DNA from: a virus | Strand: one strand, 5' to 3' | IMG/VR virus record: IMGVR_UViG_3300045988_050672 | Coordinates: 1-43,489 of that record | Length of the DNA: 43,489 nt | Shown: piece after piece, positions 16,674-23,391 of the stretch | How positions within the stretch are numbered: position 1 is the stretch's first letter | How the letters are laid out: the number at the start of each line of letters is the position of its first letter | The notes under the pieces: generated by a model | The model's input: the letters and a program-made list of their open reading frames with translations, nothing else | What the model was told of the DNA's origin: nothing | Database searches by the model: none | Made by a program: the position numbers and the translations under genes

Positions 16674-16749
16674 TGGAGGGCTGTACAGGCTTCGATCCTG
16701 TGACCTGCGGATTAACAGTCCGTTGCTCTACCAGCTGAGCTAACAACCC
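16674..16749 (-). tRNA. tRNA-Asn (anticodon GUU), 76 nt with encoded CCA
   Basis: GGGTTGT-TA-GCTC-AGCTGGTA-GAGC-A-ACGGA-CTGTTAA-TCCGC-AGGTC-ACAGG-ATCGAAG-CCTGT-ACAGCCC-T-CCA. Full cloverleaf, 7-bp acceptor stem with one G-U pair. Confidence 0.9.
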
Positions 16750-16751
16750 AC

Positions 16752-16834
16752 ATATCCCCGGCTTACGGTGCCGGGGAACCGCTTTGCCCGTTTCCGGGTT
16801 TCATCGCCGATAGGGAGGCCATCGGCGATATATA
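16752..16834 (-). other. Three stable hairpins between the tRNA-like element and tRNA-Asn
   Basis: ATCGCCGAT-GGCCTCCCT-ATCGGCGAT (16803..16829), CCCG-GAAA-CGGG, and CCCCGGC-ACCGTAA-GCCGGGG (16756..16776), minus-strand sense. Confidence 0.6.
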
Positions 16835-16903
16835 TGGCGCGAGGCCGATTTGAACGGCCTTCTGTGGGGGGAGAGGTGAACCCCATTCGCTGTCTGCCGC
16901 GCC
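16835..16903 (-). ncRNA. tRNA-like element, 69 nt: canonical acceptor stem and T-arm, no canonical D or anticodon arms
   Basis: GGCGCGG...GGCCG-TTCAAAT-CGGCC-TCGCGCC-A. The interior has only a GGGG/CCCC hairpin with a C-rich loop, UUCACCUCU. Confidence 0.45.
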
Positions 16904-16950
16904 TAATTTTAAGTTTCTGTTTGCCTTACCGCTTATCGATGCCGCAGTGT

Positions 16951-17000
16951 AAAAAAGAAGGGCTTCCAATACCATTTCTGGTATCAGAAGCCCTTCGGCT
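16951..17000 (-). terminator. Intrinsic terminator with long stem, preceded by the AGCCGAAGGGCU 12-mer
   Basis: Minus strand AGCCGAAGGGCTTCTGATACCAGAAATGGTATTGGAAGCCCTTCTTTTTT. 12-mer at 16989..17000. Confidence 0.8.
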
Positions 17001-17022
17001 GTTCGCTGCTCCCTAGAGCAGT
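16951..17022 (-). ncRNA. Candidate ~70-nt small transcript (promoter to terminator, no ORF)
   Basis: Extended -10 TGGTATAAT at 17036..17028, then hairpin CTGCTC-TAGG-GAGCAG, then the terminator. No start codon with an SD. Confidence 0.3.
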
Positions 17023-17083
17023 CACAAATTATACCATTTGGGGTGGCTCTTCCGCGAAAGGTGCGGCGCTCTTTGCCAAACAG

Positions 17084-17233
17084 TCAGTTAACCTTCTTGC
17101 GCCGAATCTCAATGACCACGATCTGGCCTTGTTCGACTTTGATTTCCGCCTGATTCCGGCGGCGGATGATTTCCTCAATCGCCCGAATTTCCTTCGCCGT
17201 CACTCTGACCGCCGGTCTGGTTTCCGCTTCCAT
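17084..17233 (-). CDS. Small ORF, 49 aa, overlapping the portal 3' end out of frame
   Basis: MEAETRPAVRVTAKEIRAIEEIIRRRNQAEIKVEQGQIVVIEIRRKKVN. ATG at 17233 with GGAGG 8 nt upstream. Confidence 0.5.
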   Translation of the reverse strand: MEAETRPAVRVTAKEIRAIEEIIRRRNQAEIKVEQGQIVVIEIRRKKVN

Positions 17234-18629
17234 CGCCGTTACCTCCGTTATGTGCGGCGAGCTTCGCCGCTTTTTTCTCCTGCTCGGCCATGTAATCCAT
17301 GCTCATTCGGTAGGCCAACTGCGGGTCGGAAAATAACCCGCAATGTGTAAATGCCAGTTCAGGGGCAATTTTCTCGCAAGCAAGCATCTGGGTTAGAACC
17401 GTTGATTTCTGCGCGATATTCTCGTAATTCCGCCGCGTGAACCGGATTTCCAGTGCCGAGAGTTTCAGGCTCAGATGTCCCATGTCCCGGCAGATACGCA
17501 ACACCAGTTTCAAAAATTCCTTTTCGGACTTCTTGAAAATCAGCTCCGTGTCCTTGGCTCTGGCTTCCGCTGCCGACCAGCCGTCCCGCATGATGACCGC
17601 TGATCCGGTGTCAGAGGTAGAAGTCCCTCCGTTCCGGTTGGGCATTCCACAGATGGTCAGCACCGTTTCATACATGCTGTCCACAAGGGTCTGCGTCTGG
17701 GTCTGGTTCATTTCGGAGGTCAGATATTGAATCTCCGCTTTCAGTGTGGCGTCAATATCCCTGAACTTGATTGCGCCCTCGTCCCGCAGTTTCTTGTAGT
17801 CCTCACTGCTGATGTCAACATTATGGAACAGCATCAGTGCTTGAACGAACTGCTCTACGCCGTCAATTCGGTTGCTCTCCGTCATGTTAATGGCGTCCAG
17901 CAGCGGAATCACGATTTCAAATGCCCCTAAACGAGCCATGTTCGCCGGGTACTCCACAATCGGGATTCCCAAAATCTGATCTTCTGCGCGAATAACAGCC
18001 CACGTGTTCCAGACCTCGAAATACCTGGTTTCTGTCCAGCAGGAGAAAACGAGCGTTCCGTCCTCTTTTAGAACATACCGTACACCCATCATGGGTTTAT
18101 GGCCAAGGCCCACAGAGTACACCACGAATGCGTATCTTGGGTCAAGGGTGAATATCTCAAAAGGAGCCTCGTCTTCCTCGGCATCCGCCAAAACGTCCGG
18201 CAAAGTCATTCGATAAGAGGTACCGCAAGTGAAGAGCCAATCGGCAAGTTCCTTATCCTTTTCCGGCTTGTCTTCGGACAGCATATAGTCATTCAGTTTC
18301 AGCACTTCGGAGGAAATGTCTTCGTCCCCACCACGGCTTACGTACTGGATTGGTTCGCCGACTTGATAGGCCGATTTGAAAGATACGATCTCATTTGCTC
18401 GGTTCTCCACAACCATGTTGTTGATTTCCGGGCGGACTTCCTTCACACGGCTCAGAATTGGCTGTTCTCCCTTGTAATACCGGTACAGGTAATCAATCTC
18501 TGCCTGATTTTGCAGGTGCGTAAACAGTGCCTTTTGTAGCACGTCGATGATATTCCCCTCGTTTATATCCGTAACCTCGGTGTAAATTACCCGACGCCCG
18601 AATAACCGCCTGCTCTCCGTATTACGCAC
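17175..18629 (-). CDS. Portal protein (SPP1 gp6-like), 484 aa
   Basis: Size plus the N-terminal YLYRYYKGEQPIL...VENRANEIVSFK pattern typical of SPP1-type portals. GTG start. Confidence 0.9.
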   Translation of the reverse strand: MRNTESRRLFGRRVIYTEVTDINEGNIIDVLQKALFTHLQNQAEIDYLYRYYKGEQPILSRVKEVRPEINNMVVENRANEIVSFKSAYQVGEPIQYVSRGGDEDISSEVLKLNDYMLSEDKPEKDKELADWLFTCGTSYRMTLPDVLADAEEDEAPFEIFTLDPRYAFVVYSVGLGHKPMMGVRYVLKEDGTLVFSCWTETRYFEVWNTWAVIRAEDQILGIPIVEYPANMARLGAFEIVIPLLDAINMTESNRIDGVEQFVQALMLFHNVDISSEDYKKLRDEGAIKFRDIDATLKAEIQYLTSEMNQTQTQTLVDSMYETVLTICGMPNRNGGTSTSDTGSAVIMRDGWSAAEARAKDTELIFKKSEKEFLKLVLRICRDMGHLSLKLSALEIRFTRRNYENIAQKSTVLTQMLACEKIAPELAFTHCGLFSDPQLAYRMSMDYMAEQEKKAAKLAAHNGGNGDGSGNQTGGQSDGEGNSGD

Positions 18630-18662
18630 CCCCTTTTCCGGAAATCTATTTTCTCATTTACC

Positions 18663-18691
18663 ATTATACCACAGTGGCGGATGGTTGTCTA
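18663..18691 (-). promoter_or_regulatory. Near-consensus sigma-A promoter in front of the portal gene
   Basis: Minus strand TAGACA-17 nt-TGG TATAAT (extended -10). -35 at 18686..18691, -10 at 18663..18668. Confidence 0.6.
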
Positions 18692-18720
18692 CTTAATTCT
18701 CGTTCGTAAACCATCGGAGA

Positions 18721-18768
18721 ATAAAAACACAAAGCGCATCGGGTGAAGTTACCTACACCCAACGCGCT
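18721..18768 (-). terminator. Intrinsic terminator ending the RHH/antirepressor cassette
   Basis: AGCGC..GGGTG / CACCC..GCGCT stem followed by TTGTGTTTTTAT on the minus strand. Confidence 0.65.
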
Positions 18769-18787
18769 CACATCCAATATTTACTTG

Positions 18788-18997
18788 TTATTTGCCGCTA
18801 ATCGTGTCTGCGATCCCTTTAATCTGGCTGCAAACAGCAGCCAGAACGTCGCAGTACATCCCAACCCGCGCCTTACCAAGGGCAAGTTCCCCGGTTTCGG
18901 GGTCAGCCTCCATGTCAAGCATATCCAACAGCATTTCCGTTGTTGCAAGAGCCATGTGAGCATTCATCCAGATTTCGTTCATTTTTGCGGTTGTCAT
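18788..18997 (-). CDS. Hypothetical protein, 69 aa, last gene of the antirepressor cassette
   Basis: ATGA overlap with the antirepressor stop. Met-rich helical sequence. Confidence 0.5.
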   Translation of the reverse strand: MTTAKMNEIWMNAHMALATTEMLLDMLDMEADPETGELALGKARVGMYCDVLAAVCSQIKGIADTISGK

Positions 18998-19761
18998 ACG
19001 GTCTTGCCCTCCCCCAGAAACTTATTCAGGAAGAACGTCTGTCCTTTGCCGGTAACTTTCGGTGTCTTGCTCACAGAGGTATGTCCGTCACTGTGATTGA
19101 TGACCGTTTCCTTGATACGGAAGAGCCCCTGCTCCATGCTGGCCTGCGTAGGCATGTTGTAATCCGTGCCGTTGCGCTTGATTAAGTACCCATTGTCCCG
19201 CATCCACCGGAACAGCCGTCTTTCGCCCATGTCCACACCATTCTGCCGCATGATCTTTGCTAACTCACCCACAAGAACCGTGCTACTGGAAGCGGCCACG
19301 CTGTCAGCGAACAGAACTTTGGGCGCATCTGCCGAAACCTTCGCTTCCAATGCCTTGCGCTTGTCCGTTTCAGCCTTTAAGGCAGTAGCTACCTTGAGCA
19401 GATAATCAGGATTCAGAATCGCCGCTTCCAGCGTTTCCTGGGTCATGTAGGCTCCGTGCTTGCGGATGGAGGGTATTACTTCTTCGGCAATCTTCGCCTG
19501 AAATGCCTCGGCAACTTCGTTCTTCGCTTTCATGGCAAGGCGGTAAAACACGCTTTCGGGGATGTATTCATCGTAGCCACAAGTGGCTACGCCCAATTCT
19601 TTCAAATACCCCTCAACTCGTTTCCACCGGACGACCTCATTGCCACTTGTGGCAACGTATGTGAATCCAAGCCCACGGGCAACAGCTTCCAGATTCAGGT
19701 AGGCGGTTCCGTTCTTTTCGTAGCAGGGGATACCGCTGATTGTCATAATTTCGTTATTCAT
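18994..19761 (-). CDS. Antirepressor (N-terminal Bro-N/AntA-like domain plus KilAC domain), 255 aa
   Basis: C-terminal LVGELAKIMRQNGVDMGERRLFRWMRDNGYLIKRNG...VTGKGQTFFLNKF is a KilAC-type pattern. ATG at 19761 with GGAGG. Confidence 0.8.
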   Translation of the reverse strand: MNNEIMTISGIPCYEKNGTAYLNLEAVARGLGFTYVATSGNEVVRWKRVEGYLKELGVATCGYDEYIPESVFYRLAMKAKNEVAEAFQAKIAEEVIPSIRKHGAYMTQETLEAAILNPDYLLKVATALKAETDKRKALEAKVSADAPKVLFADSVAASSSTVLVGELAKIMRQNGVDMGERRLFRWMRDNGYLIKRNGTDYNMPTQASMEQGLFRIKETVINHSDGHTSVSKTPKVTGKGQTFFLNKFLGEGKTV

Positions 19762-19880
19762 AAAAACCTCCATAAAATTTTACTTGATAGAGGTCTCCGT
19801 TTGTGATAGAATGGATTTATCCAGCGGGAAACCTCTGGGGTGGATAGGGTGTTGGTGTGGTTTGCTAGGCCTCCAACGCC

Positions 19881-20054
19881 CTATTTTTTCTTTGCCAATA
19901 ACAGCCGGATTCCGTTTCTGATTGCTTCTCCCTTTGTAATTCCGTTTTTGAGACAATATTCCTGCAATCTTCTGTCCGTTTCGGCATCCAATCTTACGCT
20001 AAATCGGACATCTTTTGGATTTTCGGCTTTTGGCCTTCCGGTTCTTGGTGACAC
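19881..20054 (-). CDS. Ribbon-helix-helix (CopG/Arc-like) regulator, 57 aa (below the ORF-track cutoff)
   Basis: VSPRTGRPKAENPKDVRFSVRLDAETDRRLQEYCLKNGITKGEAIRNGIRLLLAKKK. Beta-strand then two helices. GTG at 20054 with GAGGTGA. Confidence 0.7.
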   Translation of the reverse strand: MSPRTGRPKAENPKDVRFSVRLDAETDRRLQEYCLKNGITKGEAIRNGIRLLLAKKK

Positions 20055-20072
20055 CTGCTCACCTCACTTTCT

Positions 20073-20112
20073 GTCACGCATTAAGTATAATATATGCGTG
20101 ACAAAAAGTCAA
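20073..20112 (-). promoter_or_regulatory. Consensus promoter with overlapping 9-bp inverted-repeat operator
   Basis: Minus strand TTGACT (20112..20107)-17 nt-TATACT (20089..20084). Inverted repeat GTCACGCAT / ATGCGTGAC at 20073..20081 and 20094..20102 brackets the -10. Confidence 0.7.
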
Positions 20113-20120
20113 GCATTATT

Positions 20121-21767
20121 TTAGAACGGCCTTTTCATAACTTCAACCTTTGCCAGCCTGAAAGATTCTGAATAGTCAACCAGCATTGCGATACTGTCAA
20201 CCAGGTCGTCGTTTTTGTTCTTTCCAGCCATTGTGTATCCGCAAAGCATACTCATAGCAAGCCGATACTCCTTATCGCCTTTGTATGCGCTTTCGTCCTT
20301 GAAAAGAAAATGCTCTTTGGCATATCCGGCGGCGATAATAATTCGTGTTTCTTTGTTCGTGGTGGAGAACTTTGTCGTGATTTTTGTTCTTCCGCCTTCC
20401 TCTTTCACACGCTTTTGCACATCTGCCGCAATTCTTCCTCCTGCGGAGTTGCTTTCAAAACGTGCAGCTTGAACCCTGTGCTTTAGCAGTTTTGCCACAA
20501 TTCTTGCTTCCACAATTTCCGGGTTAGAATTATCGCATATAAAATCTTCAATATAGTAATCGTCACCATACTGGTACGCGATCGGCATGGCGCAATAATC
20601 CGTTCCTCTGTCCTTTGTATCGCAAGCGGCAATGATTGCGTCTGGCTCTTGGTCTGGAAGGTCAAAATAGCGGCGGAGTTCATTTTCTTGGTAAAGCAAC
20701 CCCATTCTTTCTACAGGCTCATTTTGATACAGCGCTTTCCAACTGACGCTATCCATAATATCCCGCTGTTCCCGGTAGAACTTGGTGGAGAACCCCACGC
20801 CAAACTCATAATCAAAATTGCTTTCGTCGTCCTCGTTCATGGCAGGAATCCGAATGAATTTCGCCCTGGGATTGTTCTCATATTCCCGTTCCAGCCGCCC
20901 AATCACATCGTGAACGCTCCACCGGGTAGCAATATGAAGCTCTTTGCATTTGTCACCGATTTTACGCTGCCGCAGGTCCGTAGTGTAGGTTTCCCACAGC
21001 TTGTCCAGCCGCTCTTTGGATAGCGCGACCTCAATACCAGATACCAGATCGTCGCAGTACAGCAGGTTCGCCGCCCGGTACAGACCGGCATTGCCCGTTC
21101 CAATGGAGGTAAATTCCAGCGTCTCAAATCGCTGCCGCTTATCAAGGTCAATTCGGCAGTCCTTTGCGTTGGTGCTGGACACCTGAACGGCAGGGAAGAC
21201 ATCATGCCATAGATATTCCCCCTTTGAGTCAAACAGCCGCAGACATTCGTCATACACGCCCCGCACAAAGGAATTGGAGTGGCTGCCCGTCAGATTCGGG
21301 TTGTTTGGGTCGCGTCCGGCAATCCAGGTCAGCAGGAAGATTGCAAGCGTGGTCTTTCCTACGCCGGGGGGCAAACTAACCGCCAGCAAATCCAGCTTGT
21401 CATCCCCGCACAGCGCTTGCAGTGCGTCCACCACGGGCTTTAGCTGCTTCTTCCGTGGCTGATAAAACCGCTTTTTCGCCTGCCTATCCAGCTCCATATA
21501 GGTGAGATAGCTGTCAAAGTCATATGGAGCCTCAAACAATAGCCCCCGCCGCCAAAGGCTGTAGAATCCCTCCACCTGAGACATGGGCACTTTATCCATC
21601 ATTCGGTCGCACATATCCTTCAATTTTTTATTCGCCCGATGAGCCGCCGTGAAATCAGTCTCAGCCCATGCCTGACACAGGGAAAACAGGTCTTCATATG
21701 CCCCGATATCACCCGGTCTGTTCTCGATAGCCCCCAGAATGGAGGTTGACAATTTCTCATAATCCAT
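20121..21767 (-). CDS. terL: Terminase large subunit, 548 aa
   Basis: Walker A LPPGVGKTT, and a C-terminal nuclease-type region with conserved acidic residues. Size and context fit. Confidence 0.9.
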   Translation of the reverse strand: MDYEKLSTSILGAIENRPGDIGAYEDLFSLCQAWAETDFTAAHRANKKLKDMCDRMMDKVPMSQVEGFYSLWRRGLLFEAPYDFDSYLTYMELDRQAKKRFYQPRKKQLKPVVDALQALCGDDKLDLLAVSLPPGVGKTTLAIFLLTWIAGRDPNNPNLTGSHSNSFVRGVYDECLRLFDSKGEYLWHDVFPAVQVSSTNAKDCRIDLDKRQRFETLEFTSIGTGNAGLYRAANLLYCDDLVSGIEVALSKERLDKLWETYTTDLRQRKIGDKCKELHIATRWSVHDVIGRLEREYENNPRAKFIRIPAMNEDDESNFDYEFGVGFSTKFYREQRDIMDSVSWKALYQNEPVERMGLLYQENELRRYFDLPDQEPDAIIAACDTKDRGTDYCAMPIAYQYGDDYYIEDFICDNSNPEIVEARIVAKLLKHRVQAARFESNSAGGRIAADVQKRVKEEGGRTKITTKFSTTNKETRIIIAAGYAKEHFLFKDESAYKGDKEYRLAMSMLCGYTMAGKNKNDDLVDSIAMLVDYSESFRLAKVEVMKRPF

Positions 21768-21776
21768 ACTCTCACC

Positions 21777-22109
21777 TCACAGAGCGTCAGCTTGTTCAAA
21801 TGCTTTCAGCAGTTTTGGGAACTGGATTGCGAAGAAATCCACCATTTCCTCGTTTTGTGCCCAGTAAGAGTTTTCAGCAAGGCCGCTTTCAAATAGAAAT
21901 GCGTGAATGATCTCATGCCGCTTCACCTTATTTGTCTGAACCAGAAGGTTTTGCTTGCAATTTGGTTCCCCCTTGCTGTCTTCGTAATTTTCGACCAGCA
22001 TCTCTTTCGTAGTTTCATCACAGAAACCGTCACAATCCTTGAGCCTTGGCTCTTTGCTTCCCCTAATTACCGTAAGCGTATATTCTGCTCCCAAAACGTC
22101 GATTTTCAT
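21777..22109 (-). CDS. Small HExxH protein (putative zinc metallopeptidase fold), 110 aa
   Basis: KRHEIIHAFLFESGL motif. AGGAGGG SD. Lies 10 nt upstream of terL, where terS would normally sit. Confidence 0.5.
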   Translation of the reverse strand: MKIDVLGAEYTLTVIRGSKEPRLKDCDGFCDETTKEMLVENYEDSKGEPNCKQNLLVQTNKVKRHEIIHAFLFESGLAENSYWAQNEEMVDFFAIQFPKLLKAFEQADAL

Positions 22110-22125
22110 AAATTCCCTCCTGATA

Positions 22126-22175
22126 CAAAAATAAGGGCTGCCCGTGCGTATCTCAGCACAAGCAGCCCTTCGGCT
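22126..22175 (-). terminator. Intrinsic terminator preceded by the AGCCGAAGGGCU 12-mer
   Basis: Minus strand AGCCGAAGGGCTGCTTGTGCTGAGATACGCACGGGCAGCCCTTATTTTTG. 12-mer at 22164..22175. Confidence 0.75.
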
Positions 22176-22221
22176 ATGGCTCCCACCTATGGGAACATTT
22201 ATTCACTTATGGGTTGCCCCC

Positions 22222-22287
22222 CTATACATGCTTCATAAGCTCTATCAGCACGAATATGGGGAACAGAATAATTAGCAACACCCACAT
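22222..22287 (-). CDS. Hydrophobic micropeptide A, 21 aa
   Basis: MWVLLIILFPIFVLIELMKHV. GGAGG lies 8 nt upstream and overlaps the stop of the 266-aa gene. Gap-free paralogue of 25771..25839. Confidence 0.55.
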   Translation of the reverse strand: MWVLLIILFPIFVLIELMKHV

Positions 22288-22300
22288 AGGTCAGACCTCC

Positions 22301-23101
22301 TTATTTCAGTTCGCAGTCAGTGAATCCACCTCTTCCAATGCATTTTCCCTCAAATGTAATCGTATCTCCCACTTTGACTGTTTTCAGGGCATCTTCCTGA
22401 TCTTTCTCAAATTCTGCGTAGAAGTAAACGATGGTATTACCGACTCTGGCTTCCATCGTCAGTGTAGCGCCGCCTGTCAGATTCAGAAGCCCGCCGGTGC
22501 TCATTCCGTCGATTGTCGCAGTAATACGGTATCGGTTGTATCGGTATGTATCATTTGCCAAAAGCTCGTTCTCTTTGTATGCATTGTATATATCGTCGTA
22601 AGCAACAGAAGTATCTGCGGGTTCTGTGGTAGGTTCAGTTTTCTTCAATGTCGAACTTCCTGTTTTCTGCTCAGCGGATTTTCTGAGCATTGGAAGTACT
22701 TCTATTTTTTCATATCCGCATCGTGTACACCTCTGGACATATTCGCCGTCCTTATCGTCCGTGGGCTCTACCCGCCGAACATCTTCCATAGAATGCCCGA
22801 GTTTCTTTAAGGTTTCTTTTTTATCGCCACCGCAAAGATTACAATGGTACTCCTCGTACCCGTTTTCGGTGCAGGATGCTTCTTTGCTTTCCACCAGCTT
22901 GTATTCATGTTCGCACCATGTGGAAGGATTTGTTGACACTCCGATTATCAAAAATAAAGCAAAAGAAAGCCAGAACCATTTGACCCATTTCATTTTAGGC
23001 TTCTTTTGTATTTTTCGGATAACCCAGATGATGAGCAAAATAGGAAGTGCAAGTATTTCGATTGCAAAAAGCGTGTACATGGCGGTTGATACAGCCTGCA
23101 T
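22301..23101 (-). CDS. Membrane-anchored exported protein: 2 TM helices, Cys4 zinc-ribbon-like modules, C-terminal OB-fold (tRNA_anti-like family pattern), 266 aa
   Basis: Two N-terminal hydrophobic helices. CEHEY...C..NG...C.LCG and C.RCG motifs. C-terminal AYDDIYNAYKENELLANDTYRYNRYRITATIDG...VGDTITFEGKC resembles the OB-fold DUF seen in Firmicutes surface proteins. Confidence 0.6.
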   Translation of the reverse strand: MQAVSTAMYTLFAIEILALPILLIIWVIRKIQKKPKMKWVKWFWLSFALFLIIGVSTNPSTWCEHEYKLVESKEASCTENGYEEYHCNLCGGDKKETLKKLGHSMEDVRRVEPTDDKDGEYVQRCTRCGYEKIEVLPMLRKSAEQKTGSSTLKKTEPTTEPADTSVAYDDIYNAYKENELLANDTYRYNRYRITATIDGMSTGGLLNLTGGATLTMEARVGNTIVYFYAEFEKDQEDALKTVKVGDTITFEGKCIGRGGFTDCELK

Positions 23102-23124
23102 AATTACTCCCCCTACGTCGTATT

Positions 23125-23367
23125 TCAGCTTTCCTTTTGGTCAATCACGATCTGATCTGCTCTTCTGGCACCGGGCTTGCGCTCCTGAATGACTACCTCA
23201 TAGCCCAGAACGTCCAGCATTTCGACTGCTTTGTCGAAGGTCATGTTGGGGCTTAGAAGCCTTGAGCTTACATCGTTCCCTCTCTGTTTGCCGATGGCTT
23301 TCGCCATAGAGATAAGAGAGATGTTTTTCTCTTTCATAAGGCTGCGAATCGCTTTGTTGATTTGCAT
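23125..23367 (-). CDS. XRE/Cro-type HTH regulator, 80 aa
   Basis: MQINKAIRSLMKEKNISLISMAKAIGKQRGNDVSSRL... ATG at 23367 with GGAGGTG. The longer tracked ORF runs through the promoter. Confidence 0.7.
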   Translation of the reverse strand: MQINKAIRSLMKEKNISLISMAKAIGKQRGNDVSSRLLSPNMTFDKAVEMLDVLGYEVVIQERKPGARRADQIVIDQKES

Positions 23368-23391
23368 TGGTAGCACCTCCTGTGTGCCTTT

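Noticed and set aside
19762-19880. Possible separate promoter for the antirepressor in the 120-nt gap after the RHH gene.
   Set aside because: Only weak -10-like hexamers (TAAAAT) are present, without a matching -35. Co-transcription from the operator-controlled promoter at 20084..20112 is the simpler explanation.
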